Below are positions 40,457-52,468 of a DNA stretch of 64,000 nt, piece by piece (the first letter of the stretch is position 1; each line of letters begins with the position of its first letter). The notes below the pieces were generated by a model. The model saw only the letters and a program-made list of their open reading frames with translations, did no database searches and was not told where the DNA came from. Made by a program: the position numbers and the translations under genes. The stretch is from Octopus vulgaris (Eukaryota), in NCBI GenBank assembly GCA_951406725.2, contig OX597819.1, forward strand, positions 134,664,001-134,728,000. Reading direction: 5' to 3'.

Positions 40457-40673
40457 GTTGGTACAACAAATACACTGAGGATTTCTTTCTGATAATGTTG
40501 CCTCATTTAAGAATATAATGTATTAATGCTACATTTTATCTAAAGTATATTATTATCAATGTGTTTCCTGTCTTCTTAAGTCCCTCGAGCTTCTACTCTC
40601 TATGCTGCTTCTTAATTTCCAAACTCTGCTGCTCTCTGTATTTAATTCAAATTTTGCTTGTTTCAACTTGCAG

Positions 40674-40736
40674 ACATTGATGAATGCAGATGAATGCAGT
40701 AATGCAACTCTGAGCAACTGTGCACTTGAGGCTAGC
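40674..40736 (+). pseudogene. Truncated B5 exon with extra 10-bp duplication
   Basis: atgaatgcag duplicated; same deletion junction. Confidence 0.85.
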
Positions 40737-42007
40737 CATGTTGCCTCTTTGGCATAGTTTCCTCTGCTCGAAGCCTTTCTAAGCACTAACCCGATTACAA
40801 CGTGGTCTGGGTGCTTTTTACAGTCCCAAGACTACTAAGCCTGTAAGGGTCAGATTTGTATAAGGAGATGAAGGGTTCCAGTATGAGAGAAGGTGCGAGA
40901 GCAGAGCATGTGACACGGGGTTATGTAAGTACTCCTGTTTCATGAGATGAGGATAGGGTAAACACGATTAAGGTAGAGATGAAAATTGCAGTGATGAGGT
41001 GCCTTGGTCGATCATCTACGAAGTACAAGTCGAGTAGAAAGGGTTCAGAAGGTGTAGAAGTGTCTGTGGTGGATGTGGCAAGATTGTATAAGAGAGTGAG
41101 AAATGGAGAATGGGTGAGAATATAATGATTGAACAACAAGTGTTGAGTGGATAATAAATTGGGAAGTGTGGGTGACAAGTGTAGAAATTGGTTAGGGTTG
41201 AGGGTTGGACAAAGGGTGACGGGGTGACCAATGATGATGGTGTGTAGATTCATAATGGTGATGCAGAAGGAAGAAGAAAGGTGTGTGAGAATGGGAAGAG
41301 GAGGGGCATAGATGATGATGAATGGTTGGATAGGTTTCAAGAGTGTGTGAGGGAAGAGAGTGGTAGGCGGAGAGAGAGAGGGAGAGATCTGTCGGTGAGG
41401 AAGGTGATATTATTTAGTGGCTCATTGGGGAGGTTGACCATGTAAAATAGGAGTGGAGAGGAGAGTATTAAGGATGAGTGATGGCTATGGAGGGAAATGT
41501 TTCTGATGGAGAGGAAAATTAGTGAAGAGATGGAGTGTATTGGGGCTGTGTAGGGGAATCAATTAGGCAAAGGGCCCAGTTGGACAAATATATATAAATA
41601 TAGAGAAGTGAGGTATGTGACGCCTTACTTTGTCTACCACAGGATCGAAATATATGGCGCCTTGCGTTATGGAAAGAAGACCCCTCAACCATAGCAGAAT
41701 TGATACTAGTGTGGTGCATAAAAGTCTCCTACATTCAAAGTCCGTACATAAAATGGCAAAAGGACACAGAACATCCATTTTTGTTGACCATTCCAATGAT
41801 TGCTGATGTAATTTTAGAATAATTCATTTAGAATTAGGATCAAAAGATACAACCTCTGTTGTAAGCTTTTCTAACTAAATCCTGTCATTTCGTCCATCAG
41901 GCAGATTACAATCTCTCATTTGTCCATTTCTGAATTAATTATGTTGCTGTGGTTTCGGTTCTTCTTAAATTACGATTGAGCCTTATTTCTGTTGTTTCAA
42001 TTTCCAG

Positions 42008-42130
42008 ATTTAAATGAATGTACGAATTCACTCCACAACTGTTCACAATATGCAACATGTCACAACTTTGTTCCTGGCTTCAACTGTACTTGTAGGGAAG
42101 GCTTTACTGGAGACGGAGTCAATTGTACAG
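42008..42130 (+). CDS. cbEGF exon A6
   Basis: As A1 but ends NCT (gca>aca). Confidence 0.85.
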
Positions 42131-42347
42131 GTTGGTACAACAAATACACTGAGGATTTCTTTCTGATAATGTTGCCTCATTTAAGAATATAATGTATTAA
42201 TGCTACATTTTATCTAAAGTATATTATTATCAATGTGTTTCCTGTCTTCTTAAGTCCCTCGAGCTTCTACTCTCTATGCTGCTTCTTAATTTCCAAACTC
42301 TGCTGCCCTCTGTATTTAATTCAAATTTTGCTTGTTTCAACTTGCAG

Positions 42348-42400
42348 ACATTGATGAATGCAGTAATGCAGCTCTGAGCAACTGTGCACTTGAGGCTAGC
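42348..42400 (+). pseudogene. Truncated B6 exon
   Basis: Same deletion junction. Confidence 0.85.
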
Positions 42401-43682
42401 CATGTTGCCTCTTTGGCATAGTTTCCTTTGCTCGATGCCTTTCTAAGCACTAACCCGATTACAACGTGGTCTGGGTGCTTTTTACAGTCCCAAGACTACT
42501 AAGCCTGTAAGGGTCAGATTTGTATAAGGAGATGAAGGGTTCAAGTATGAGAGAAGGTGCGAGAGCAGAGCATGTGACATGGGGTTATGTAAGTACTCCT
42601 GTTTCATGAGATGAGGATAGGGTAAACACGATTAAGGTAGAGATGAAAATTGCAGTGATGAGGTGCCTTGGTCGATCATCTACGAAGTACAAGTCGAGTA
42701 GAAAGGGTTCAGAAGGTGTAGAAGTGTCTGTGGTGGATGTGGCAAGAGTGTATAAGAGAGTGAGAAATGGAGAATGGGTGAGAATATAATGATTGAACAA
42801 CAAGTGTTGAGTGGATAATAAATTGGGAAGAGTGGGTGACAAGTGTAGAAATTGGTTAGGGTTGAGGGTTGGACAAAGGGTGACGGGGTGACCAATGATG
42901 ATGGCGTGTAGATTCATAATGGTGATGCAGAAGGAAGAAGAAAGGTGTGTGAGAATGGGAGGGGGAGGGGCATAGATGATGATGAATGGTTGGATAGGTT
43001 TCAAGAGTGTGTGAGGGAAGAGAGTGGTAGGCGGAGAGAGAGGGGAGAGTGAGCGGAAGTGATCTGTCGGTGAGGAAGGTGATATTATTTAGTGGCTCAT
43101 TGGGGAGGTTGACCATGTAAAATAGGAGTGGAGAGGAGAGTATTAAGGATGAGCGATGGCTATGGAGGGAAATGTTTCTGATGGAGAGGAAAATTAGTGA
43201 AGAGATGGAATGTATTGGGGCTGTGTAGGGGAATCAATTAGGCAAAGGGCCCAGTTGGACAAATATATATAAATATAGAGAACTGAGGTATGTGACGCCT
43301 TACTTTGTCTACCACAGGATCGAAATATATGGCGCCTTGCGTTATGGAAAGAAGACCCCTCAACCATAGCAGAATTGATACTAGTGTGGTGCATAAAAGT
43401 CTCTTACATTCAAAGTCTGTACATAAAATGGCAAAAGGACACAGAACATCCATTTTTGTTGACCATTCCAATGATTGCTGATGTAATTTTAGAATAATTC
43501 ATTTAGAATTAGGATCAAAAGATACAACCTCTGTTGTAAGCTTTTCTAACTAAATCCTGTCATTTCGTCCATCAGGCAGATTACAATCTCTCATTTGTCC
43601 ATTTCTGAATTAATTATGTTGCGGTGGTTTCGGTTCTTCTTAAATTACGATTGAGCCTTATTTCTGTTGTTTCAATTTCCAG

Positions 43683-43805
43683 ATTTAAATGAATGTACGA
43701 ATTCACTCCACAACTGTTCACAATATGCAACATGTCACAACTTTGTTCCTGGCTTCAACTGTACTTGTAGGGAAGGCTTTACTGGAGACGGAGTCAATTG
43801 TGCAG
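43683..43805 (+). CDS. cbEGF exon A7
   Basis: Same as A1. Confidence 0.85.
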
Positions 43806-44022
43806 GTTGGTACAACAAATACACTGAGGATTTCTTTCTGATAATGTTGCCTCATTTAAGAATATAATGTATTAATGTTACATTTTATCTAAAGTATATT
43901 ATTATCAATGTGTTTCCTGTCTTCTTAAGTCCCTCGAGCTTCTACTCTCTATGCTGCTTCTTAATTTCCAAACTCTGCTGCTCTCTGTATTTAATTCAAA
44001 TTTTGCTTGTTTCAACTTGCAG

Positions 44023-44148
44023 ACATTGATGAATGCAGTAATGCAACTCTGAGCAACTGTGCACCTGAGGCTAGCTGTACGAATGTTGCTGGTACTTTCA
44101 ACTGTAGCTGTAAAGCTGGATATATTGGAAATGGTTTTAACTGTACAG
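44023..44148 (+). CDS. cbEGF exon B7 (intact)
   Basis: 126 nt, AG/GT; (D)IDECSNATLSNCAPEASCTNVAGTFNCSCKAGYIGNGFNCT. Confidence 0.85.
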
Positions 44149-44315
44149 GTTAGTAAAAGATGTTCATGCAAGATCATCATATTTATCTTCAACGGTATTT
44201 AACCTACATGCTCAATGTTGGTTTTAATTGAACGGTTTGAAAATATCCTATGTGTAGTAGGACATGTTTGTGCCATGTTGCCTCTTTGGCATAGTTTCCT
44301 TTGCTGGAAGTCTTT

Positions 44316-46377
44316 AATAATAATAATAATAAAACATTGTGTTCAGTGCTCAGGTGCACTACAACTCATCTAAAGTGTATGTATAGTACATAGGGTAATG
44401 TACAAGCGTCAGGAAAAGAACAGTGCATGAGTCATGACATACACATATGTGTATGAGTATGGAAGGGGGACAATCAGGTGTAGTTTCGGCGGATTTCGGA
44501 AAGCATGAGGGCCTTAAAGGATGCAGCATCATGGCAGTCAACAACTGATGCAGGCAGTTTGTTCCATGCTTCTGCAACTCTGAGCGTGAAAAAATGTTTC
44601 TGAAAGTCAAGGGAGCTGTGCTGTTTTCTGACTTTGTAAATATGTCCACGGGTGTTGGACACATGGAGATCAAAAAGGTGTTCAGTGTTGTTGTTGGTGA
44701 GGTAGTTGCTAACTTTGTGGGTGTTTACCAAGTCCATCGCCAGACGCCGGAGCTTAAGTGAATCCATGCTCAGGGAAACAAGGCGCTCAGAGTATGGTAG
44801 GTGTGTGATGGAGGGTATGCGTTTGGTTGCACGTCTCTGAACAGATTCCAGGAGGTCAATGTTCTGAGCAAGATAGGGGTTCCAAACTGATGATACGAAT
44901 TCCAATTGTGGTCGTACCATAGCTGTATGCAGTTTTAAATAGATGGCTGGAGAGCGGCTAACAAAAGTCTTGCTGAGAGATGCCAAGACACCCTCGGCCT
45001 TCTTGACAATTTTAGAGATATGCTTTGTCCAACGCAAATCACTGCTGACAGTGATGCCTAGGTCACGCTCGCAAGAGGATTTCTTGATATCAGTGTTGTG
45101 GAGGGAGTATGTGGAGACAGGGTTTTTTCTCCCAAAATGCATGGTGGTACACTTGTCCACAGCCAGTTTCAGTTGCCAGTCTGTGATCCATTGCTGCATT
45201 GTGTCTAGGTCTGATTGCAGGAAAGAGTTGTAGACATCAGGATCTGTCCTCTTGATTTCAAGGTACAGCTTGATGTCGTCTGCATATTTCAATACTGTGG
45301 CATTCTTTAAATTGGCATCTATGTCATTAATGTATGCCACAAACAAGAGGGGACCAAGAACAGATCCCTGTGGTACACCCGATGACATCTCATATGGTGT
45401 AGAATGCTGTCCTAGAACTGTGACTACCTCCTTTCGGCTGAGAATGAAGGATTTCAACCAGTTAAAAAGATCATCCCTCACACCCATTGCAGAGAGTTTC
45501 ACCATAAGCCTTTTGTGTGGCACAGAATTAAAAGCCTTAGCAAAGTCAAGGTAGACAACATCCACCCATGAGCCACTGTCAGTGATCTGAGTAATGTCCT
45601 CAAGGAACTCGACAAGCTGATCACTGCAGCTGGAGTTAGGGACAAATCCATATTGTGAGGGTCGGATGAGACTGTGAGAGCTCCAGAAGTTCCAAAGTGT
45701 TTCTCTGACACACGATTCCATCAGTTTTGCAATACAGCTAGTGAGACTGACTGGGCGATAGTTGACAGGTGATGTGCGGTCGCCCTTTTTGAACAGAGGA
45801 ATGACACTGGCAGTTTTCCACTGCTCCGGAGTAGCACCATTGTTGAGACAGTACTGGTAAAAAATAGAAAGCTGGTGTAAAAGGAAGTACCTGCCACGTT
45901 TGAGAAGCAGGTATGTAACTCCATGAAGACGAGGGGAGGCATAGTTGCGTTATTTTGAAGGTGACCTCGCAGCATTGCTGGTGTAAATTCCCTAGTTGTT
46001 ATGGAATTTGCTGTTAGAGATGGTGAAGATGGTAAACTTTGATTTTCAACAGTGAATATGCTTGCATAGCACTCGGCAATGAGTTCTGCGCATTCCTTGG
46101 GATCGTCAGTGATCTGGCTTGTGTGAGGGTTGCGGAGAGGGCCCACTGGAGAGTGAGGTCTCTGCTTGAATGCACATATTTCCAGAAAACTTTGCTGCCA
46201 GGATTGGCTGCTATGCATTGTTCAAATTCAAGCACTGCTTTTTTTGTCACTTGCTTGAGATGGTTGGAAGATTTATTCCGCTTTTTCCTGTTGGTGTCTG
46301 ATTTATGCAACTTGTATTCCCGTTCAGCAGTCCGACGTTCCTTCCTGGCAAGTCGGACCGCTGAAGTTTCCCAAATT
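44316..46377 (-). mobile_element. 5'-truncated CR1-like LINE inserted in unit 7
   Basis: RT ORF 44474-45721 ([23 protein letters not shown]); (ATT)n tail; empty site ggaagccttt-ctaa-gcactaacc in other units. Confidence 0.93.
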
Positions 46378-47611
46378 GCACTAACCCGATTACAATGTGG
46401 TCTGGGTGCTTTTTACAGTCCCAAGGCTACTAAGCCTGTAAGGGTCAGATTTGTATAAGGAGATGAAGGGTTCAAGTATGAGAGAAGGTGCGAGAGCAGA
46501 GCATGTGACAAGAGGTTATGTAAGTACTCCTGTTTCATGAGATGAGGATAGGGTAAACACGATTAAGGTAGAGATGAAAATTGCAGTGATGAGGTGCCTT
46601 GGTAGATCATCTACAAAGTACGAGTCGAGTAGAAAGGGTTCAGAAGGTGTAGAAGTGTCTGTGGTGGATGTGGCAAGAGTGTATAAGAGAGTGAGAAATG
46701 GAGAATGGGTGAGAATATAATGATTGAACAACAAGTGTTGAGTGGATAATAAATTGGGAAGAGTGGGTGACAAGTGTAGAAATTGGTTAGGGTTGAGGGT
46801 TGGACAAAGGGTGACGGGGTGACCAATGATGATGGCGTGTAGATTCATAATGGTGATGCAGAAGGAAGAAGAAAGGTGTGTGAGAATGGGAGGAAGAGGG
46901 GCATAGATGATGATGAATGGTTGGATAGGTTTCAAGAGTGTGTGAGGGAAGAGAGTGGTAGGCGGGAGAGAGGGGAGAGTGAGCGGAGTGATCTGTCGGT
47001 GAGGAAGGTGATATTATTTAGTGGCTCATTGGGGAGGTTGACCATGTAAAATAGGAGTGGAGAGGAGAGTATTAAGGATGAGTGATGGCTATGGAGGGAA
47101 ATGTTTCTGATGGAGAGGAAAATTAGTGAAGAGATGGAGTGTATTGGGGCTGTGTAGGGGAATCAATTAGGCAAAGGGCCCAGTTGGACAAATATATATA
47201 AATATAGAGAAGTGAGGTATGTGACGCCTTACTTTGTCTACCACAGGATCGAAATATATGGCGCCTTGCGTTATGGAAAGAAGACCCCTCAACCATAGCA
47301 GAATTGATACTAGTGTGGTGCATAAACGTCTCCTACATTCAAAGTCCGTACATAAAATGGCAAAAGGACACAGAACATCCATTTTTGTTGACCATTCCAA
47401 TGATTGCTGATGTAATTTTAGAATAATTCATTTAGAATTAGGATCAAAAGATACAACCTCTGTTGTAAGCTTTTCTAACTAAATCCTGTCATTTCGTCCA
47501 TCAGGCAGATTACAATCTCTCATTTGTCCATTTCTGAATTAATTATGTTGCTGTGGTTTCGGTTCTTCTTAAATTACGATTGAGCCTTATTTTTGTTGTT
47601 TCAATTTCCAG

Positions 47612-47734
47612 ATTTAAATGAATGTACGAATTCACTCCACAACTGTTCACAATATGCAACATGTCACAACTTTGTTCCTGGCTTCAACTGTACTTGTAAG
47701 GAAGGCTTTACTGGAGACGGAGTCAATTGTGCAG
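47612..47734 (+). CDS. cbEGF exon A8
   Basis: As A1 with R>K (agg>aag). Confidence 0.85.
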
Positions 47735-47951
47735 GTTGGTACAACAAATACACTGAGGATTTCTTTCTGATAATGTTGCCTCATTTAAGAATATAACGTA
47801 TTAATGCTACATTTTATCTAAAGTATATTATTATCAATGTGTTTCCTGTCTTCTTAAGTCCCTCGAGCTTCTACTCTCTATGCTGCTTCTTAATTTCCAA
47901 ACTCTGCTGCTCTCTGTATTTAATTCAAATTTTGCTTGTTTCAACTTGCAG

Positions 47952-48077
47952 ACATTGATGAATGCAGTAATGCAGCTCTGAGCAACTGTGCACCTGAGGC
48001 TAGCTGTATGAATGTTGCTGGTACTTTCAACTGTAGCTGTAAAGCTGGATATATTGGAAATGGTTTTAACTGTACAG
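47952..48077 (+). CDS. cbEGF exon B8 (intact)
   Basis: (D)IDECSNAALSNCAPEASCMNVAGTFNCSCKAGYIGNGFNCT, AG/GT intact. Confidence 0.85.
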
Positions 48078-49949
48078 GTTAGTAAAAGATGTTCATGCAA
48101 GATCATCATATTTATCTTCAACGGTATTTAACCTACATGCTCCATGTTGGTTTTAATTGAACGGCTTGAAAATATCCTATGAGTAGTAGGACATGTTTGT
48201 GCCATGTTGCCTCTTTGGCATAGTTTCCTTTGCTGGAAGCCTTTCTAAGCACTAACCCGATTACAACGTGGTCTGGGTGCTTTTTACAGTCCCAAGACTA
48301 CTAAGCCTGTAAGGGTCAGATTTGTATAAGGAGATGAAGGGTTCAAGTATGAGAGAAGGTGCGAGAGCAGAGCATGTGACAAGGGGTTATGTAAGTCCTC
48401 CTGTTTCATGAGATGAGGATAGGGTAAACACGATTAAGGTAGAGATGAAAATTGCAGTGATGAGGTGCCTTGGTAGATCATCTACAAAGTACAAGTCGAG
48501 TAGAAAGGGTTCAGAAGGTGTAGAAGTGTCTGTGGTGGATGTGGCAAGAGTGTATAAGAGAGTGAGAAATGGAGAATGGGTGAGAATATAATGATTGAAC
48601 AACAAGTGTTGAGTGGATAATAAATTGGGAAGAGTGGGTGACAAGTGTAGAAATTGGTTAGGGTTGAGGGTTGGACAAAGGGTGACGGGGTGACCAATGA
48701 TGATGGCGTGTAGATTCATAATGGTGATGCAGAAGGAAGAAGAAAGGTGTGTGAGAATGGGAGGGGGAGGGGCATAGATGATGATGAATGGTTGGATAGG
48801 TTTCAAGAGTGTGTGAGGGAAGAGAGTGGTAGGCGGAGAGAGAGGGGGAGAGTGAGCGGAAGTGATCTGTCGGTGAGGAAGGTGATATTATTTAGTGGCT
48901 CATTGGGGAGGTTGACCATGTAAAATAGGAGTGGAGAGGAGAGTATTAAGGATGAGTGATGGCTATGGAGGGAAATGTTTCTGATGGAGAGGAAAATTAG
49001 TGAAGAGATGGAGTGTATTGGGGCTGTGTAGGGGAATCAATTAGGCAAAGGGCCCAGTTGGACAAATATATATACATACCAATGTTTGTGTATATGTATA
49101 TATACATGCACGTTACATGAGTTGAGTTTGGTTTGCCTTTTTGAGAATCAAATCCTACGAATCCTCCTGGTGTTTGTCATCTCCTCCACCAAGTTCCAGA
49201 TCCTGTCATCAGTGATGACAACTACATCTTATGACTTTCTGGGTCTCCCTCTTCCACATGTTCTATCTGCATAAATTTTTGTCCCCTTTTTATATTGCTG
49301 TCTTCACCCATTTATTTGTTACATGTCCAATAGCAGCATTTTCTCCTTCCATACTTTGCACATCCCAGAAAACATGTCAACTTTATTTCTTTCCAGTCTT
49401 CTTAAGTTGTCTGCATTCAAGGCCCATGTTTCATGACTGCAGCATTGCAATTCGAACCCGACTTCCATACAATCTGACTTTCACTTTGAATGAAAAAAAT
49501 CTTTGTTACTTGCAATCGTAGTAGTTTGCTGAACTTTATCCAACCTGTTTTTTACATGGCTACTATATTTTCATATCAGCCATTTTCCCTCCTCGTTACA
49601 TCTTCTGGGTAACAAAAGCTAACGATTACTTCAATTAACTCATCCAGGCTGATAGTCTTTATATTTCTCATCATTTCCATGCTTGCATCGGTCAGACAAG
49701 ATTTAATTAAGGTAGACATTCATTCAGCATTTTACACTTTCTGTCACCCATCATCACAGGTTTAAAAGCAAAGTAAGGTCCCCCCCCCCCCCATTCTGTT
49801 TATGTTGAATGGTAAGCAAATAACACCATTTCTGAGAATTGTAAAATCATCATCATCATCATTGCCATTTAATGTCTGTTCACAATCATTCACACACATG
49901 TACATGCACACACACACACAAACACACATCTGTTTGTATCTGGTTAGAC

Positions 49950-50083
49950 ACAGGTATGGCTCTGTGTTTAAGTAACTTACTTTGCAACCCTGTGTTCTTG
50001 GGTTCAGCTCCATTTTGTAATGTCTTAGGCCAGTGTCTCCTGCTCTAGCCTTTAGCTGACCAGTGCCTTGTGAGTGGATTTTG
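49950..50083 (+). mobile_element. Degenerate tRNA-derived SINE head (second family)
   Basis: caggtatggct.tgtg..taag.aa.ttac...gggttcag.tcc; related minus-strand fragments at about 11525-11573 and 30075-30140. Confidence 0.5.
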
Positions 50084-50099
50084 CATAACACAACTGTAC

Positions 50100-51126
50100 A
50101 GAAGCAAGTAGTTGATAGTTTCCGCTACCTAGGTAACCAAGTTAGTAATTGGGGTGGTTGCTCAGAGAGTGTCATCACTAGAATACGAATAGCCTGGGCA
50201 AAGTTTAGAAAGCTCTCACCCCTACTGGTGACAAAGGGTCTCTCGCTCAGAGTGAAAGGTAGGCTTGAAAGAAATGAAGCTAGCATGATCTGCTGGATGT
50301 GTAATGTCAGTGTGCACACACAACAGAGTGTAAGCGCCCTGAGAGAAATACTGGACATAAGAAGCATCAGATGTGGTGTGCAAGAGAGATGTTTGCATTG
50401 ATATGGTCATGTACTGTGGAGGGACGAGGAGAGCTGTGTGAAGAAGTGCCACTCCCAAACAGTGAAAGGAATCTAGGGTAGAGGAAGACTCGGGAAGACA
50501 TGGGATGAGGTCGTGAAGCATGACCTTCAAACGTTGGGCTTCACAGAGGTAATGACGAAAGACCGAGATCTCTGGAGATATGCTGTGACTGCAAAGACCT
50601 GACAAATAATGTGAGTTCATGGCTGCCTCCTGCACCAGTTTTGCATAGCACCACCCCATCCAAAGTACCTTGGGTCGCAGAATGACCTGCTGTGCTTACC
50701 TTGGATCGTAGAGTGACTTGCTTTGCTTAAGGAGGCCTATTGAGTCAAGTACATCATTATCAATATCAAAATAAATATCAATGGAAATTGTAGTTATGAT
50801 ACCTGTGCCGGTGGCACGTAAAAAGCACTATCCTAACCTGGCCGATGCCAGCGGTTCCCTGACTGGCTTCTGTGCTGGTGGCACATAAAAATCAGCAACT
50901 GATTGTGGCTGCTACCAGCCTCCCATGGCACCTGTATTGGTGGCACGTCAATAGCACCCTCTACACTCACGGAGTGGTTGGCGTTAGGAAGGGCATCCAG
51001 CTGTAGAAACACTGCCAGATCAGACTGGAGCCTGGTGCAGCCTCCTGGCTTCCCAGACCCCGGTCTATCTGTCCAACGCATGCTAGCACGGAAAACGGAC
51101 GTTAAACGATGATAGATGATGATGAT
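50100..51126 (+). mobile_element. RTE-like LINE 3' portion with UTR and (GAT)n tail
   Basis: VDSFRYLG..RIRIAWAKFR.L.PLL.TKGLSLRVKGRL matches 56800-56980; internal deletion, stops. Confidence 0.88.
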
Positions 51127-51155
51127 GTGTGTGTGTGTGTATATATATATATATA

Positions 51156-51381
51156 CTTTATTTTAAGCAGCAGAAAAGTCAACAAAATCTGTTACTCTGA
51201 GTTTCTCGTTGCCGTTCATCAGACAGTTTTTGCTAGAAAAACTGTCTGATGAACGGCAACGAGAAACTCAAAGTAACAGATTTTGTTGAATTTTCTGCTG
51301 CTTAAAATAAAGCATATTACTCTACCACTGGTATTTGAGTACTCTTTTTTCCACCTTGTTTCACATTTATGTGTTTACTCC

Positions 51382-51382
<1 letters not shown>
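51156..51382 (+). mobile_element. Short (TA)n-flanked element with 76-bp-arm inverted repeat (51156-51312), Penelope-like inverted end
   Basis: Arms 51156-51231 / 51237-51312, spacer gctag, two mismatches; family fragments at about 51442-51501 and 62752-62817. Confidence 0.7.
51242..51279 (+). ncRNA. Minimal hammerhead-ribozyme-like motif (mirror on minus strand 51189-51226)
   Basis: ctgt-CTGATGA-a cg gcaa cg a-GAAA-ctca(g/a)ag-TA-acag: canonical core, GCAA tetraloop stem II, ACUC/GAGU stem III (minus-strand copy), GUA site, 4-bp stem I. Confidence 0.65.
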
Positions 51383-51444
<62 letters not shown>

Positions 51445-51502
51445 TCTTTATTTAAAGCAGCAGAAAATTCAACAAAACCTGTTACTCTAGTATGTTGCCA
51501 AC

Positions 51503-51534
<32 letters not shown>

Positions 51535-51587
51535 ATATATATGTATATATGTATATATATGTATATATATATATATATATATATGTG

Positions 51588-51644
<57 letters not shown>

Positions 51645-51655
51645 GTATATATATG

Positions 51656-51686
<31 letters not shown>

Positions 51687-51697
51687 GTATATATATG

Positions 51698-51732
<35 letters not shown>

Positions 51733-51997
51733 GTATATATATGTATATATATATATGTATATATATGTATATATATATGTATATATATATGTATATATAT
51801 ATGTATATATATATGTATATATATATGTATATATATATGTATATATATATGTATATATATATGTATATATATATATGTATATATATGTGTATATATATAT
51901 GTATATATATATATGTATATATATATATGTATATATATATGTATATATATATGTATATATATATATGTATATATATATGTATATATATATGTATATA

Positions 51998-52064
<67 letters not shown>

Positions 52065-52097
52065 GTATATATATATATATGTATATATATATGTATA
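51383..52097. repeat. (TA)n-derived microsatellite with periodic G
   Basis: TA runs punctuated by G, often every 8-10 nt. Confidence 0.98.
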
Positions 52098-52345
52098 TCA
52101 TCATCATCGTCGTTTAACGTCCGCTTTCCGCGCTAGCACGGGTTGGACGGTTTGACCGGGTCTGGGAAGCCAGGGGCCGCACCAGGCTCCAGTCTGAATC
52201 TGGCAGAGTTTCTACGGCTGGATGCCCTTCCTAACGCCAACCACTCCGTGAGTGGATTGGGTGCTTTTACGTGCCACCTGCACAGGGGCCGGAGGGTCCG
52301 GCATCGTCACGATCGGTTCGAGCATTTTAACGTGTCAGCGGCACG
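52096..52345 (-). mobile_element. RTE-family 3' end module
   Basis: cat-cgtttaacgtccgctttcc..ggatgcccttcctaacgccaaccactcc. Confidence 0.8.
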
Positions 52346-52468
52346 GGGGCAATGAGGTCCGGGGTACTTTGGGGATCCAGGGTACTTTGGGGATCCGGGG
52401 TACTTAGAATGAGTAGGGGGTATGTGGAATTGCTGCAGAAAGCAGCCCGGGTCTTTGTAGTCACAGCA

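Larger units (their letters stand above)
33244..49073 (+). repeat. Tandem array of eight ~1.6-1.9 kb exon-containing units
   Basis: A-exon to A-exon spacings 1862, 1673, 1676, 1619, 1674, 1675, 3929 (with LINE); introns near-identical. Confidence 0.97.

Noticed and set aside
46323-46365. Twin-priming 5' inversion of the inserted LINE
   Set aside because: The minus-strand frame reads through as plausible CR1 ORF2 sequence, so the hairpin seems intrinsic to the element
33244-49073. Repeat-spacer or CRISPR-like array
   Set aside because: Whole kilobase units are repeated with no unique spacers; eukaryotic exon array
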